Position numbers and translations under genes: made by a program
Assembly (NCBI GenBank): GCA_947445025.1
Contig: CANFCB010000004.1
Span: 1-56,064, forward strand
DNA: 56,064 bases
Origin: Myxococcales bacterium
Lineage (GTDB): Bacteria > Myxococcota > UBA727 > JABDBI01
Reading direction: 5' to 3'
In this document: piece after piece, positions 1 through 8,623 of the stretch
How positions within the stretch are numbered: position 1 is the stretch's first letter
Layout of the letters: each line of letters opens with the position of its first letter
The notes under the pieces: generated by a model
Told to the model about the DNA's origin: nothing
Databases searched by the model: none
What the model saw: the letters and a program-made list of their open reading frames with translations, nothing else

Positions 1-1350
1 CGCTGATTCCCAAGATCCCTCATTGGGCACGTCTTTTTTAGGAATAAATCGTCCCAGTCCAGTCTTTGTTGCGACCCATATTGAGCTTTTACCCACAGCA
101 ATTTTGCGAATGTCATCACCAGGCATACTGGGATAATCTTTCTTTAGGAAAAGCTTCCAGCTGTCACTGACACGCACCATTCCCCCATTCTTGAATCCAA
201 TATAAACATTATCTCCGTCGCGGATCAAAGAAAAGACACCGTCATTTCTATTTTCTGACCAATTAGCGCCACTAAGCCACCCATGTTTTTTTGTTTTTTG
301 ATTATGCCAATAAATAGCACCACTCGAAAAAACAGATGAATCAGTGCCGTACCAATCATCGCTCCCGATGACATTAGGTAAAATAGCGTTGATCCCATAT
401 CCTTTAGCCAGATGATTCAGCTTTTTTTCGGGAGCATCCAAAGAAAAAACTTCTACGCCGGCACTGGTTGCGACAAACAGTTTTCCTTTAGCGCTGTGGA
501 GTACTTTTACTGTCTTACTAGATTCACTAGAATAGCGACTCCAATTAGCACTCTTTTTCTCATATGGATCTCCAATAAATCGTTGCACCCCAACACAGTT
601 AAGATTTTCGCTTTCACAAGCAGATGTCCATACTTCATCAAGATTCTCAGTTTTATTTTTTTGCACAAAAAGTGCATTAATATAATTTCTGCCTTCACGG
701 TAACTGGGCGAGTGACCAAGCGCACTATTTTTACTGGTAACTTTTTCTAAAATAGTACCGTCAAAACTGTTAAGACCCTTATCAGTTCCTATCCAAATTT
801 TTCCATCAGAACCCAAAGCCAATTTGGTCACATGATTGCTCAGCAATTGATCTTCTTGCGCCAAAAGTGTGCACCACGTCTTGCTCACCATAATCTCAAT
901 ACGATCCTCTGCCGTTCGACCTCGGTCATCCGTGGCAATTACGCTAACGATTTGTTTTTCATCACAACTAGCAATTTCTGGAATCTGCAGCTGATAATTG
1001 CTATCACTATCGGCCACTCCAGATTGGCGTTTATCAATCTCCCATACATAAGTAACAAAACCCGGAGCATTTCTTAAAGAAGCACTTAAGTTTAAAGTGC
1101 CACCTGATTTAACTAATTGAGGCACCGCTCCGGTAATGAAAACTTGTAGAGGTTCAATAAATACTGGAGGATTGGTAAATGCAAAATTTACAGCCGGCAT
1201 TGCAGGTGATACCTCTGAAAACTGAGAAGGCTTCAGTGGTTTTAAAAGCGGCAGCGTTGAAAAATACGCTTTTGGCTTTTCAGAGCAATTGCCTCCCCCT
1301 AAAAAAATGAGACCGTGCATGAAACAAAATATTGCAATGCACGTTCGCAT
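1..1350 (-). CDS. Secreted/lipoprotein with Ig/PKD-like domain and two-component-regulator-type beta-propeller repeats (3'-truncated by window edge)
   Basis: Not in the ORF track because it runs off the edge. Manual translation from ATG at 1350 is open to base 1: MRTCIAIFCFMHGLIFLGGGNC... TYVWEID...VIATDDRGRTAEDRIEIMV (Ig-like), LLSNHVTKLALGSDGKIWIGTDKGL and MPGDDIRKIAVGKSSIWVATKTGLGRF (propeller blades). Confidence 0.8.
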   Translation of the reverse strand, partial: MRTCIAIFCFMHGLIFLGGGNCSEKPKAYFSTLPLLKPLKPSQFSEVSPAMPAVNFAFTNPPVFIEPLQVFITGAVPQLVKSGGTLNLSASLRNAPGFVTYVWEIDKRQSGVADSDSNYQLQIPEIASCDEKQIVSVIATDDRGRTAEDRIEIMVSKTWCTLLAQEDQLLSNHVTKLALGSDGKIWIGTDKGLNSFDGTILEKVTSKNSALGHSPSYREGRNYINALFVQKNKTENLDEVWTSACESENLNCVGVQRFIGDPYEKKSANWSRYSSESSKTVKVLHSAKGKLFVATSAGVEVFSLDAPEKKLNHLAKGYGINAILPNVIGSDDWYGTDSSVFSSGAIYWHNQKTKKHGWLSGANWSENRNDGVFSLIRDGDNVYIGFKNGGMVRVSDSWKLFLKKDYPSMPGDDIRKIAVGKSSIWVATKTGLGRFIPKKDVPNEGSWESA

Positions 1351-1354
1351 AATT

Positions 1355-2035
1355 TTAAACCGACTGCTGCTCAGTGTGCCGAGGAGATCGTTTACGATAT
1401 TCTTCCAGAGAACAGGTTCCAGAAGTATTTTGCGATGCCGGCAATTTAATAACACCTTCACGCACTGCGTACTCAAAAAGCTGTTCTTGCAAAAGGCGAC
1501 GGCCTCGAAAAAGACGAGACATGACCGTACCCATCGGAATCGTCATCATCTCTGCTATTTCCTTGTAAGAAAAACTGTACACATCCGATAAAAGCACGAC
1601 CACGCGAAAATCAACAGGCACTTTTTGTAAAGCGGACAAAACTTCATCCGATAAAAATCGTTCAATTAATATGTTTTCCGGACTTGTAGCGCCAGACTTT
1701 CCTGCCGCATCCAAAGAAATAAAAACTGTCGGTGCATGGGATTCACCATCTAAGATTTCACGTTCTCTGACTTTACGTCGATACTTGTTAATGAAGGTGT
1801 TGGTTAAAATACGAAATAGCCAAGCCTTACAGTTTGTCCCCATTTCGAATTGTTCAAAAGAACGAAATGCTTTTAAGTATGTTTCTTGTACCAAGTCTTC
1901 TGCATCAGAAGAGGAACGAGTCAACCTAAGTGCGGTACCAAAGAGAGTGTGCACATGGGGCATCACCTCATCCTCGAACGCTTTCAAATCCACATGACAA
2001 GTAATTGAACGCGAAGACGAGAGCGCAAGCATCAT
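1355..2035 (-). CDS. ECF RNA polymerase sigma-70 factor (SigH/SigR-like)
   Basis: [32 protein letters not shown], region 4 [25 protein letters not shown]; GGAGG RBS upstream. Confidence 0.95.
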   Translation of the reverse strand: MMLALSSSRSITCHVDLKAFEDEVMPHVHTLFGTALRLTRSSSDAEDLVQETYLKAFRSFEQFEMGTNCKAWLFRILTNTFINKYRRKVREREILDGESHAPTVFISLDAAGKSGATSPENILIERFLSDEVLSALQKVPVDFRVVVLLSDVYSFSYKEIAEMMTIPMGTVMSRLFRGRRLLQEQLFEYAVREGVIKLPASQNTSGTCSLEEYRKRSPRHTEQQSV

Positions 2036-2128
2036 CGGTACTCCTCCAGTTACAGGATTGACATATAAGGAAAACCAATGAGCAGCAATTTTTTATTTCT
2101 TGATCACCGTCATTTTTAGTTTTATTTT

Positions 2129-3364
2129 CTAAGAAGCGTCGAAAAAATCGATAATTTCTTGTCTTTGTGCATCGGCGTCATGCATTCCTAGTTGAATTAA
2201 GTCGCGAGCAAACTCTCCATCAAAAAGCAAATAGCTGAGCAGGTCATTCGCTTGATCCTCGCCACCACCACCAATACGACGCAGCAATGGCCCAATTAAA
2301 CCCCCTGCTCTGGCAGCAACGCCGCCATGTCTTAAATGTCTTCCAGCAATTTTAGAAATATCTTCGCTGGGCCTGATCACCAACGTCTCAATTGGTCGAT
2401 ACGGCGCGCCTCTTAAAGGAGTCACAATTTCATTTAAGCTATTCGAGAGATCTTTGTTTAATTCATTTTTGACATCGAGCAAAGCATTGATCCGCTCTAA
2501 TTTTTTAAGTTCATATTCGGTTTTATCAAGCATCAAAGCATTCAAAATTTTATCCAGCAAAAAAAGTGCCGACGGATATCGATCAATATTATATGGAGTC
2601 ACAACTTTTTCTTTTTGAGATGCTTTAAGTCCTATGACAAGTAAACGATCTGCGCCAAGTCTCACCGCAGGAGAAATAGGTGTATTAAGTTTAATACCAC
2701 CGTCGCAATAGACCTCGCCATTAATTTCTACTGAAGGAAAAACCCAGGGGATTGCCGCAGAGGCCAAAGCATGATTCGGACCAATCTCCACGTGAAACGC
2801 TTGCACTTGCGGATCTGTGCTCCAAGCAGGCAAGCCCGGTTCTGAACGTTGCACAAATACATGGGTTTGACCTGAACCAACATGAGTTGCAATAACAGCC
2901 AGAGCTTTCAAATCGCCCGAGGCCAAATTGGCACTAATATTTTTCCAACGCGTGCTACGACGAACCAATTGCTCTAGTGGTGAGGTGTTAAAAAAACCAC
3001 CTAAGCGGCCAGGGCCTATTGCTTCATCCAATTCACCCCGCCCTCTGGAACCAAATAAAAATTTAGGTAAACTCAAAAGTTCTCGAAGACCAACTCTGTA
3101 GACGCCTTCAATATTCAGACTTTCCCACATATCGACAAGTGCCTGCCCTTGGCTCTCTGGCGAGTGATTATAAGTGGCTAAAAAGCAACAATTGATGGCC
3201 CCTACCGACGTACCACAAATTACTTCAAATCGCATATGCGCTTTGATACGTGCCGGCATTTCATCACGCAAGTAACGCATCACCCCAGCCTCGTAAGCTC
3301 CTCGTGCACCACCTCCAGACAATACTAGCCCTGTCCAAGGTGCGTGTGATGCTCTCTTTTCCAC
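2129..3364 (-). CDS. Patatin-like phospholipase
   Basis: LSGGGARGAY, GTSVG (GxSxG) and DGG motifs. Confidence 0.95.
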   Translation of the reverse strand: MEKRASHAPWTGLVLSGGGARGAYEAGVMRYLRDEMPARIKAHMRFEVICGTSVGAINCCFLATYNHSPESQGQALVDMWESLNIEGVYRVGLRELLSLPKFLFGSRGRGELDEAIGPGRLGGFFNTSPLEQLVRRSTRWKNISANLASGDLKALAVIATHVGSGQTHVFVQRSEPGLPAWSTDPQVQAFHVEIGPNHALASAAIPWVFPSVEINGEVYCDGGIKLNTPISPAVRLGADRLLVIGLKASQKEKVVTPYNIDRYPSALFLLDKILNALMLDKTEYELKKLERINALLDVKNELNKDLSNSLNEIVTPLRGAPYRPIETLVIRPSEDISKIAGRHLRHGGVAARAGGLIGPLLRRIGGGGEDQANDLLSYLLFDGEFARDLIQLGMHDADAQRQEIIDFFDAS

Positions 3365-3392
3365 GATGAAAGCCCCCCTTCAAAAAAAGTTT

Positions 3393-4241
3393 TTACTTTT
3401 CATTCGCCAGGCGACGTAAAGCATCACTTACCAACCGATCAACTAATGGCTGCAAGGTATATGCGCCTACATCGGGCCAAGTAACCAGAGCTAGCAAACG
3501 GCCATCTTTGGTCGCGATGACCCGTCCTACATAAATAGGTCCGATTTCTCCGAAGCCTGTCTGAATGGACACTAATAAATCAACGCCTGGGGCAATGCTA
3601 CGAGGAAAAAACCATGTTTTATTCTGTAACATCATTTTTTTCTCGACATTCATGACCATAACCGCATCTGCCATGGAAACTTCCTTAAAACGGATACCTG
3701 CGTCGAGCATTTTATTTAATGACGTCGCTAATACCTCAGCCTGTTTAGGTGCCGCTGGCAATACCGCATAGGGTTTCGCGTCTGTGGCTTGAAACCAAAA
3801 AGAACGGTAGGGTTCCCCAAAAACATAACCCTCAGAAATAGCAACGTGGCCTGCCGGCATAGTCCCAGGCAATTGATAAAATCCCATAATCAAACCAAAT
3901 GTAGGCTTGCCAGCTTTCTGATTTAATTTTTGCAATTGGCCTACATCAAAATCATCTTTTTCACCAACAACAGTTCTTGATTCAATGATACTTTGCGTCG
4001 TGGGTACAGGAGAGACCAACTCTGAACTGCTATTAATCTGGCGAGCAGAGCAGCCCAATAAACCAATCAAAATGCTGCCTGCAATTAAAGACTTGTATTT
4101 GATCGTAATTGCGAGCGAAGGCGAAGCAATCCAGAAATCTGGACTGCCAAGCCGCTGCTGCTCCTCGCAGTGACGCGGGGGGATTTTTTCCGACTTCAAC
4201 GGGATGAGACGCAAACTTATTTTTCTCATAAATATTCTCAC
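3393..4241 (-). CDS. Hypothetical lipoprotein with a palindromic-element-derived insert in its N-terminus
   Basis: 282-aa ORF; hydrophobic stretch and lipobox LIGLLGC unusually far (about 64 aa) from the start; last gene of the lpoB cluster. Confidence 0.7.
   Translation of the reverse strand: MRIFMRKISLRLIPLKSEKIPPRHCEEQQRLGSPDFWIASPSLAITIKYKSLIAGSILIGLLGCSARQINSSSELVSPVPTTQSIIESRTVVGEKDDFDVGQLQKLNQKAGKPTFGLIMGFYQLPGTMPAGHVAISEGYVFGEPYRSFWFQATDAKPYAVLPAAPKQAEVLATSLNKMLDAGIRFKEVSMADAVMVMNVEKKMMLQNKTWFFPRSIAPGVDLLVSIQTGFGEIGPIYVGRVIATKDGRLLALVTWPDVGAYTLQPLVDRLVSDALRRLANEK
4104..4175. repeat. 72-bp palindromic (REP/RPE-like) element
   Basis: Imperfect terminal inverted repeats CGTAATTGCGAG / CTCGCAGTGACG and inner hairpin GCAATCCAG-AAAT-CTGGACTGC; minus-strand translation RHCEEQQRLGSPDFWIASPSLAIT. 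Confidence 0.8.
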
Positions 4242-4679
4242 TTATTTTGCATTGGTTCTTTGTCTTAGCAAGACTCGGATTTTGCCACCTACATGATAAA
4301 TCCCAGGCATCTCCCAAACAAATTCTTGTCTTGGAGGCAATGCGATATTTTGAAACATCGTCGAGTCTAAACGCGCGCCAGTTTCTGCTACAATTTCTAA
4401 AGCTATCTGGCCTGACAGAGACAAACCCGTTCGATTATGCAAAGTCACTTCCACTCTTCCACCGTTACGTTTTTCAAAATCAACGCGCAGCACCTCAATC
4501 TCAGCGCAAACAGTACCTCGACCACAGTAAACTTCACCCCAGGGAAACTGAACTGTCACAGGGTTATCAATCGCCTGCCCTATTGAAGTCTGCGCATAAC
4601 GCATTTGCGCGCAACCTTGTAATGACAAAAAAAACATAGCTCCTAGGAGTCGAATCATAATCACTTTTTGATTTTTCAT
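4242..4679 (-). CDS. YcfL/DUF1425-like lipoprotein
   Basis: Lipobox LQGC; small beta-sandwich-like body (VEVTLHNRTG...LPPRQEFVW); adjacent to lpoB as is usual for YcfL. Confidence 0.6.
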   Translation of the reverse strand: MKNQKVIMIRLLGAMFFLSLQGCAQMRYAQTSIGQAIDNPVTVQFPWGEVYCGRGTVCAEIEVLRVDFEKRNGGRVEVTLHNRTGLSLSGQIALEIVAETGARLDSTMFQNIALPPRQEFVWEMPGIYHVGGKIRVLLRQRTNAK

Positions 4680-4697
4680 ACTAAAACCTTTTTTATT

Positions 4698-5303
4698 TTA
4701 CTGATAAATAACACCAGTCGTGCCCTGTTTCTTGGTTTCATAATCTCCCATCCATAAAATCACGCCCGTTTCAGCGTCAATCAGCGAAAAACTATAAAGA
4801 ATATAATCACTCACGCCTTCACGAGAAGCTTTGGAGAGCGATCGCATTTCACCTTTCAATACATAGTCAGCACCAGCCATGGCTTTTGTTGATTTTCCTT
4901 GGTCATAAATCCCTGCACGTTTGCGAGCACGTTCGTTCATCACAGCCATTTCGCTATCACGCGCTAAAAATACTACGCGACCGTTGGCAAAATTAACCAA
5001 ATCCTTGGTTAATTTATTTTGCAAAAGCTTAGGATCAATACGAAACCTGGTTTGGTTATCTAAAGGTAAAACAGAAATACGAGGAACAACTCCTTGAGTA
5101 GGCCAGTTAATACCGACGATTTCTCTGGCCATTCGTTCAGCCATAGCTCTAACATCTCCAGATTCTGTGCCAGTCCCTCCCAAATTGTCATCTACACTTG
5201 GAGCCAGTATTTTTGTCTTTCCTTGTCCCGTTGAAATTACACATCCTGATTGTGCACAAACAAACATCAACAACATCCCGAACCCTGTCACATTTTTAAA
5301 CAT
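4698..5303 (-). CDS. Penicillin-binding protein activator LpoB-like lipoprotein
   Basis: Lipobox QSGC; DVRAMAERMA, GADYVLKGEM, FSLIDAETGVILW pattern of the LpoB/CsgG-like fold. Confidence 0.75.
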   Translation of the reverse strand: MFKNVTGFGMLLMFVCAQSGCVISTGQGKTKILAPSVDDNLGGTGTESGDVRAMAERMAREIVGINWPTQGVVPRISVLPLDNQTRFRIDPKLLQNKLTKDLVNFANGRVVFLARDSEMAVMNERARKRAGIYDQGKSTKAMAGADYVLKGEMRSLSKASREGVSDYILYSFSLIDAETGVILWMGDYETKKQGTTGVIYQ

Positions 5304-5394
5304 AAAATATTTCCTCTACTTGGATTAAAACAATCTTGGCTCAAATACCAAAACGAAGCAATATGCTCACACTCAAAATAAAATTCGCCTTTTC

Positions 5395-6513
5395 TTAAAA
5401 GAACCAATTGGCCGGATCCTCCGAGATCCCATTTTGACGAAGTTCAAAATAAAGCTGAACACCTTTGGTACTTTCAGTATCGCCCATATATCCGATAGTT
5501 TGGCCCTTGGATACTAGGCTAGCAAATGTCACAGCAAAACGATCCAAATGGGCATACACAGAATGCACCGCACTGCCGTGATCAACAATAATGGTTCGAC
5601 CAAACCCTTTCATAAAACCAGCAAAAACAATTTTACCAGGAAAAACAGAACTTACCAAATCACCTTGATTACCTTGGATAAAAACACCTCTAAGAGGCAC
5701 AGAAAATCCCGCTGCATTCTTTTCTCCATCATAAAAAAAAACAGTTCCTGTCGCTGGCAACTCTAAAAGCCCTTTCCACTTTAAAATAGAAACACCTTTT
5801 TCTTTAAAAGCCGACTGCCTTTTTAAGTCTTGCTCCACTTGCGCTAGACTTTCATAGCGCGCTGTCAAGCGCTTAACTTCTTGCTGTGTAAAATCACGCG
5901 CTTTGGCAATTGCTTGAACAGCCTCGAATTTTTGCTGCTGCGCTATTCGCAAAGTCTGCGCTTGTTTCTTTAAAATAGTTCGCGAATTTTCCAACTGCTG
6001 AAACAAAAGACGGGATTGCCGCTTTTGTGACAGATATCGATCGGCCACAATGCGCAACTCTTGCAAAAATCGAGCATTTTTAAAAACAATTTTTTTAGCA
6101 ACATAGCGTCGCAATGTGAAGTCTTCAAATGACTGAACGCCCATGAGAACTGGAAATATTCCAGCATTTTCATCTAAATAAGATTGCTGCAAAAGTTTTT
6201 TTATGTGCAATTTAATTGTATACACACTTTGACTGGCAGTTTCACTTAAAAGTTCTTGCTGCAAAAATTTTTCTCTTTCCTTTTGTATTCTTTTCTCAAT
6301 AACCTGCTGATAGGATTCTGACTGAATAATTTCTTCATCAAGTACACTTAGAGCTTCTGAAAAGTTGCCTTTCTTCATATCTAATGCTTTAACAAATTTC
6401 AGTTTTTCCTCGAGTCGCTTGTTTGTTTTTAATAACTCTAAATCGGCAGCAACAATATTGCTTTTTAAGCAAATAGCCAGCGCAATTGCTATCCACTTTA
6501 GATTTGCCTGCAT
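5395..6513 (-). CDS. envC: EnvC-like murein hydrolase activator (coiled coil + degenerate M23 domain)
   Basis: True start is the ATG at 6513 overlapping the ftsX stop (TAATG); signal peptide, long coiled coil, M23 domain lacking the HxxxD/HxH zinc ligands (LRGVFI...LYFELR); follows ftsEX. Confidence 0.85.
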   Translation of the reverse strand: MQANLKWIAIALAICLKSNIVAADLELLKTNKRLEEKLKFVKALDMKKGNFSEALSVLDEEIIQSESYQQVIEKRIQKEREKFLQQELLSETASQSVYTIKLHIKKLLQQSYLDENAGIFPVLMGVQSFEDFTLRRYVAKKIVFKNARFLQELRIVADRYLSQKRQSRLLFQQLENSRTILKKQAQTLRIAQQQKFEAVQAIAKARDFTQQEVKRLTARYESLAQVEQDLKRQSAFKEKGVSILKWKGLLELPATGTVFFYDGEKNAAGFSVPLRGVFIQGNQGDLVSSVFPGKIVFAGFMKGFGRTIIVDHGSAVHSVYAHLDRFAVTFASLVSKGQTIGYMGDTESTKGVQLYFELRQNGISEDPANWFF

Positions 6514-7424
6514 TACGAAGATCCCCACTCGCTTTCGTAACCATGCAATAAAATTAAAAATGATCCAAGGGCACCTAGAACGGAACCAAAGATGGTGACC
6601 AGGATAAAAATCCAGATGGGCGTGTCGTAAAATCCTAACCAATGCAAGTCACCTAAAAAGGCAGCGTCGGCCAAATGGCTACAACAAATACTTAAGATTC
6701 CAAATAATAAAAAAGCCAAGGCGGCCCCGGAAAATCCCAGCAAAAATCCTTCCACAACATATGGCTTTCTGACAAATACTTCGGTGGCGCCAACAAGGCG
6801 CATTACATGTATTTCAGTTATATGCTTTAAAACATGAATACGAATGGTGTTCATCACAACCACAACTACCAAAATCGCCAATAAAAAAGCAAATAGCCAG
6901 CCCGCACCATAAAAAAATCGTAAACTCCACTGGGCACGCTTAATTTCCATTCCTGGAGAAACCAGCTCTTCAACTTGCTTGAAATTTTTTAAGCGTTGCC
7001 TGATCAAACCCGGAAAATTGGGATCATCGCTTTCACTGCTGACAATTAACACCCATGGCATCTTTAGATTTTGCTCCAAAAAGACCGTGTTCAATTTTTC
7101 ATTCCAATTTTTCTGGGCTTTTTTCAGTGCTTCCTTAGGTGATATTAATTTGGTTATGACCTGTGTCGATAACTTATTCACTTGTACTTCAAAATGCTGC
7201 GCTTCTTTTTCATCAGACACCGATAAAAAAACAGTCGCAATGGTTTTTTGATGCACTTCTGATATCAACTGCCTAAAATGAAAGAGAAGGACCAGTATAA
7301 GCGTCAAAACAAAAAGGCTTAAGCCAATGGTTAAAAAGGCCCAAACAAAAGCACCGCGGGTTTGCTTCACACGAGAAAGCAATCCCAGCAAAAAACTTGG
7401 AAATACTTTTCTTTGGCTTACCAA
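6513..7424 (-). CDS. ftsX: Cell division permease FtsX
   Basis: NTIRIHV...EIHVMRLVGATEVFVRKPYVVEG motif; four TM segments; downstream of ftsE. Confidence 0.92.
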   Translation of the reverse strand: MVSQRKVFPSFLLGLLSRVKQTRGAFVWAFLTIGLSLFVLTLILVLLFHFRQLISEVHQKTIATVFLSVSDEKEAQHFEVQVNKLSTQVITKLISPKEALKKAQKNWNEKLNTVFLEQNLKMPWVLIVSSESDDPNFPGLIRQRLKNFKQVEELVSPGMEIKRAQWSLRFFYGAGWLFAFLLAILVVVVVMNTIRIHVLKHITEIHVMRLVGATEVFVRKPYVVEGFLLGFSGAALAFLLFGILSICCSHLADAAFLGDLHWLGFYDTPIWIFILVTIFGSVLGALGSFLILLHGYESEWGSS

Positions 7425-7439
7425 TTAAAACCTCGCTAT

Positions 7440-8129
7440 TTATAAATCCATAATCGTCGTTTCCACCAATTTGCCCTTCGACAAGTTAATGGTCTTTTTA
7501 CGATGCACTCCCGTTAAATACAGATCATGTGTTGCCAAAATAACCGTTGCTCCCTTTAAATTCGCTGATATCAACAAATCAACGATTTCAGAAGCCTGCT
7601 TTGCGTCTAAATTACCGGTCGGCTCGTCGCACAAGAGCAGACGTGGACTGGAAACCAATGCCCGAGCAATGGCAACGCGTTGCTGCTCGCCTCCGGACAA
7701 ATAACCACAAGTAACATGCGCTTTGGATTGCAAACCAACCTGATTCAGCATCGACAACGATTTTTCATAAATACTACTCGGCGCTTCACCTTGCACCCAC
7801 AAAACCAGTCCCACATTTTCTAGCGCAGTCTTGTTACTAATTAATTTAAAATCTTGAAAGACTACGCCAATATTGCGTCGAACTTTAGGAATTTCATGAT
7901 GCAAAATTGTTGAAATATCCTGATTCATAAAAACAATGCGGCCATAAGTCGGTTTCTCAGCACAATACAAAAGCCTGAGCAAAGTACTTTTTCCGGCCCC
8001 GGACTCCCCCAGTAAAACACAGAAATCGCCGTCGTGAATACGCAATGATAAATCTTCCAGCGCAGATTTATCCTGGCCCTGGTAGCGTTTTGTCACATGG
8101 TGAAAATCTATCAACCTGCAAACCCCCAT
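7440..8129 (-). CDS. ftsE: Cell division ATP-binding protein FtsE
   Basis: [45 protein letters not shown]. Confidence 0.95.
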   Translation of the reverse strand: MGVCRLIDFHHVTKRYQGQDKSALEDLSLRIHDGDFCVLLGESGAGKSTLLRLLYCAEKPTYGRIVFMNQDISTILHHEIPKVRRNIGVVFQDFKLISNKTALENVGLVLWVQGEAPSSIYEKSLSMLNQVGLQSKAHVTCGYLSGGEQQRVAIARALVSSPRLLLCDEPTGNLDAKQASEIVDLLISANLKGATVILATHDLYLTGVHRKKTINLSKGKLVETTIMDL

Positions 8130-8276
8130 TCAGCTATTATTAACTCTAAGGTACTCTGCAGGCGATGGTCTTGCCAAGATTACTGATTGATAAAAGCACT
8201 TTTTTGACATTTCTGACCGCAAGGGGGGTTGCGAGTTAGCGAACAGCTTGGTTAGGGTGCTTTTAAGTCTAAAAAG

Positions 8277-8366
8277 GGACAGCTGGCCGAGCGGTTGAAG
8301 GCACCTGATTCGAAATCAGACGGACCTGCAAGGGTCCCGGGGGTTCGAATCCCTCGCTGTCCGCCA
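8277..8366 (+). tRNA. tRNA-Ser (CGA)
   Basis: GGACAGC/GCTGTCC acceptor stem, anticodon loop TT-CGA-AA, long variable arm, GTTCGAATC, encoded CCA. Confidence 0.95.
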
Positions 8367-8421
8367 CTATTTTTGTTTTGTTTTTTGAAAAGTTTTTGAG
8401 TATTGTCTAAGGTAATTTTAA

Positions 8422-8512
8422 GGAGAGATGGCCGAGCGGCTGAAGGCGCACGATTGGAAATCGTGTATAGTGTGTTCCACTATCGAGGGTTCGAATCCCT
8501 CTCTCTCCGCCA
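8422..8512 (+). tRNA. tRNA-Ser (GGA)
   Basis: GGAGAGA/TCTCTCC acceptor stem, CACGA-TTGGAAA-TCGTG anticodon arm, long variable arm, encoded CCA. Confidence 0.96.
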
Positions 8513-8514
8513 TT

Positions 8515-8597
8515 GCCACCACACAATCAAAGCGGTTCAAACCCCGCCAGGCCCGGAAGGGAACAACGGTAGAGCGGTCTTTGATGTGTGTGGTGGC
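8515..8597 (+). ncRNA. ffs: Signal recognition particle RNA (4.5S)
   Basis: Long hairpin GCCACCACACA...TGTGTGGTGGC with the helix-8 motif CCAGGCCCGGAAGGGAACAAC (GGAA tetraloop); classic tRNA-Ser-ffs-dnaX context. Confidence 0.92.
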
Positions 8598-8623
8598 TTC
8601 TTTTTCATAAAAGGTCGCATCTC

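Noticed and set aside
412-1077. Plus-strand ORFs 412-750 and 832-1077
   Set aside because: Antisense shadows of the edge-truncated minus-strand propeller gene.
6514-6642. N-terminal extension of EnvC in the ORF track
   Set aside because: Overlaps ftsX; the ATG at 6513 gives a normal signal peptide and translational coupling.
8302-8320. C-A mismatch at the top of the tRNA-Ser(CGA) anticodon stem as a sign of a pseudo-tRNA
   Set aside because: Mismatches at this pair are tolerated, and all other arms and the CCA are intact.
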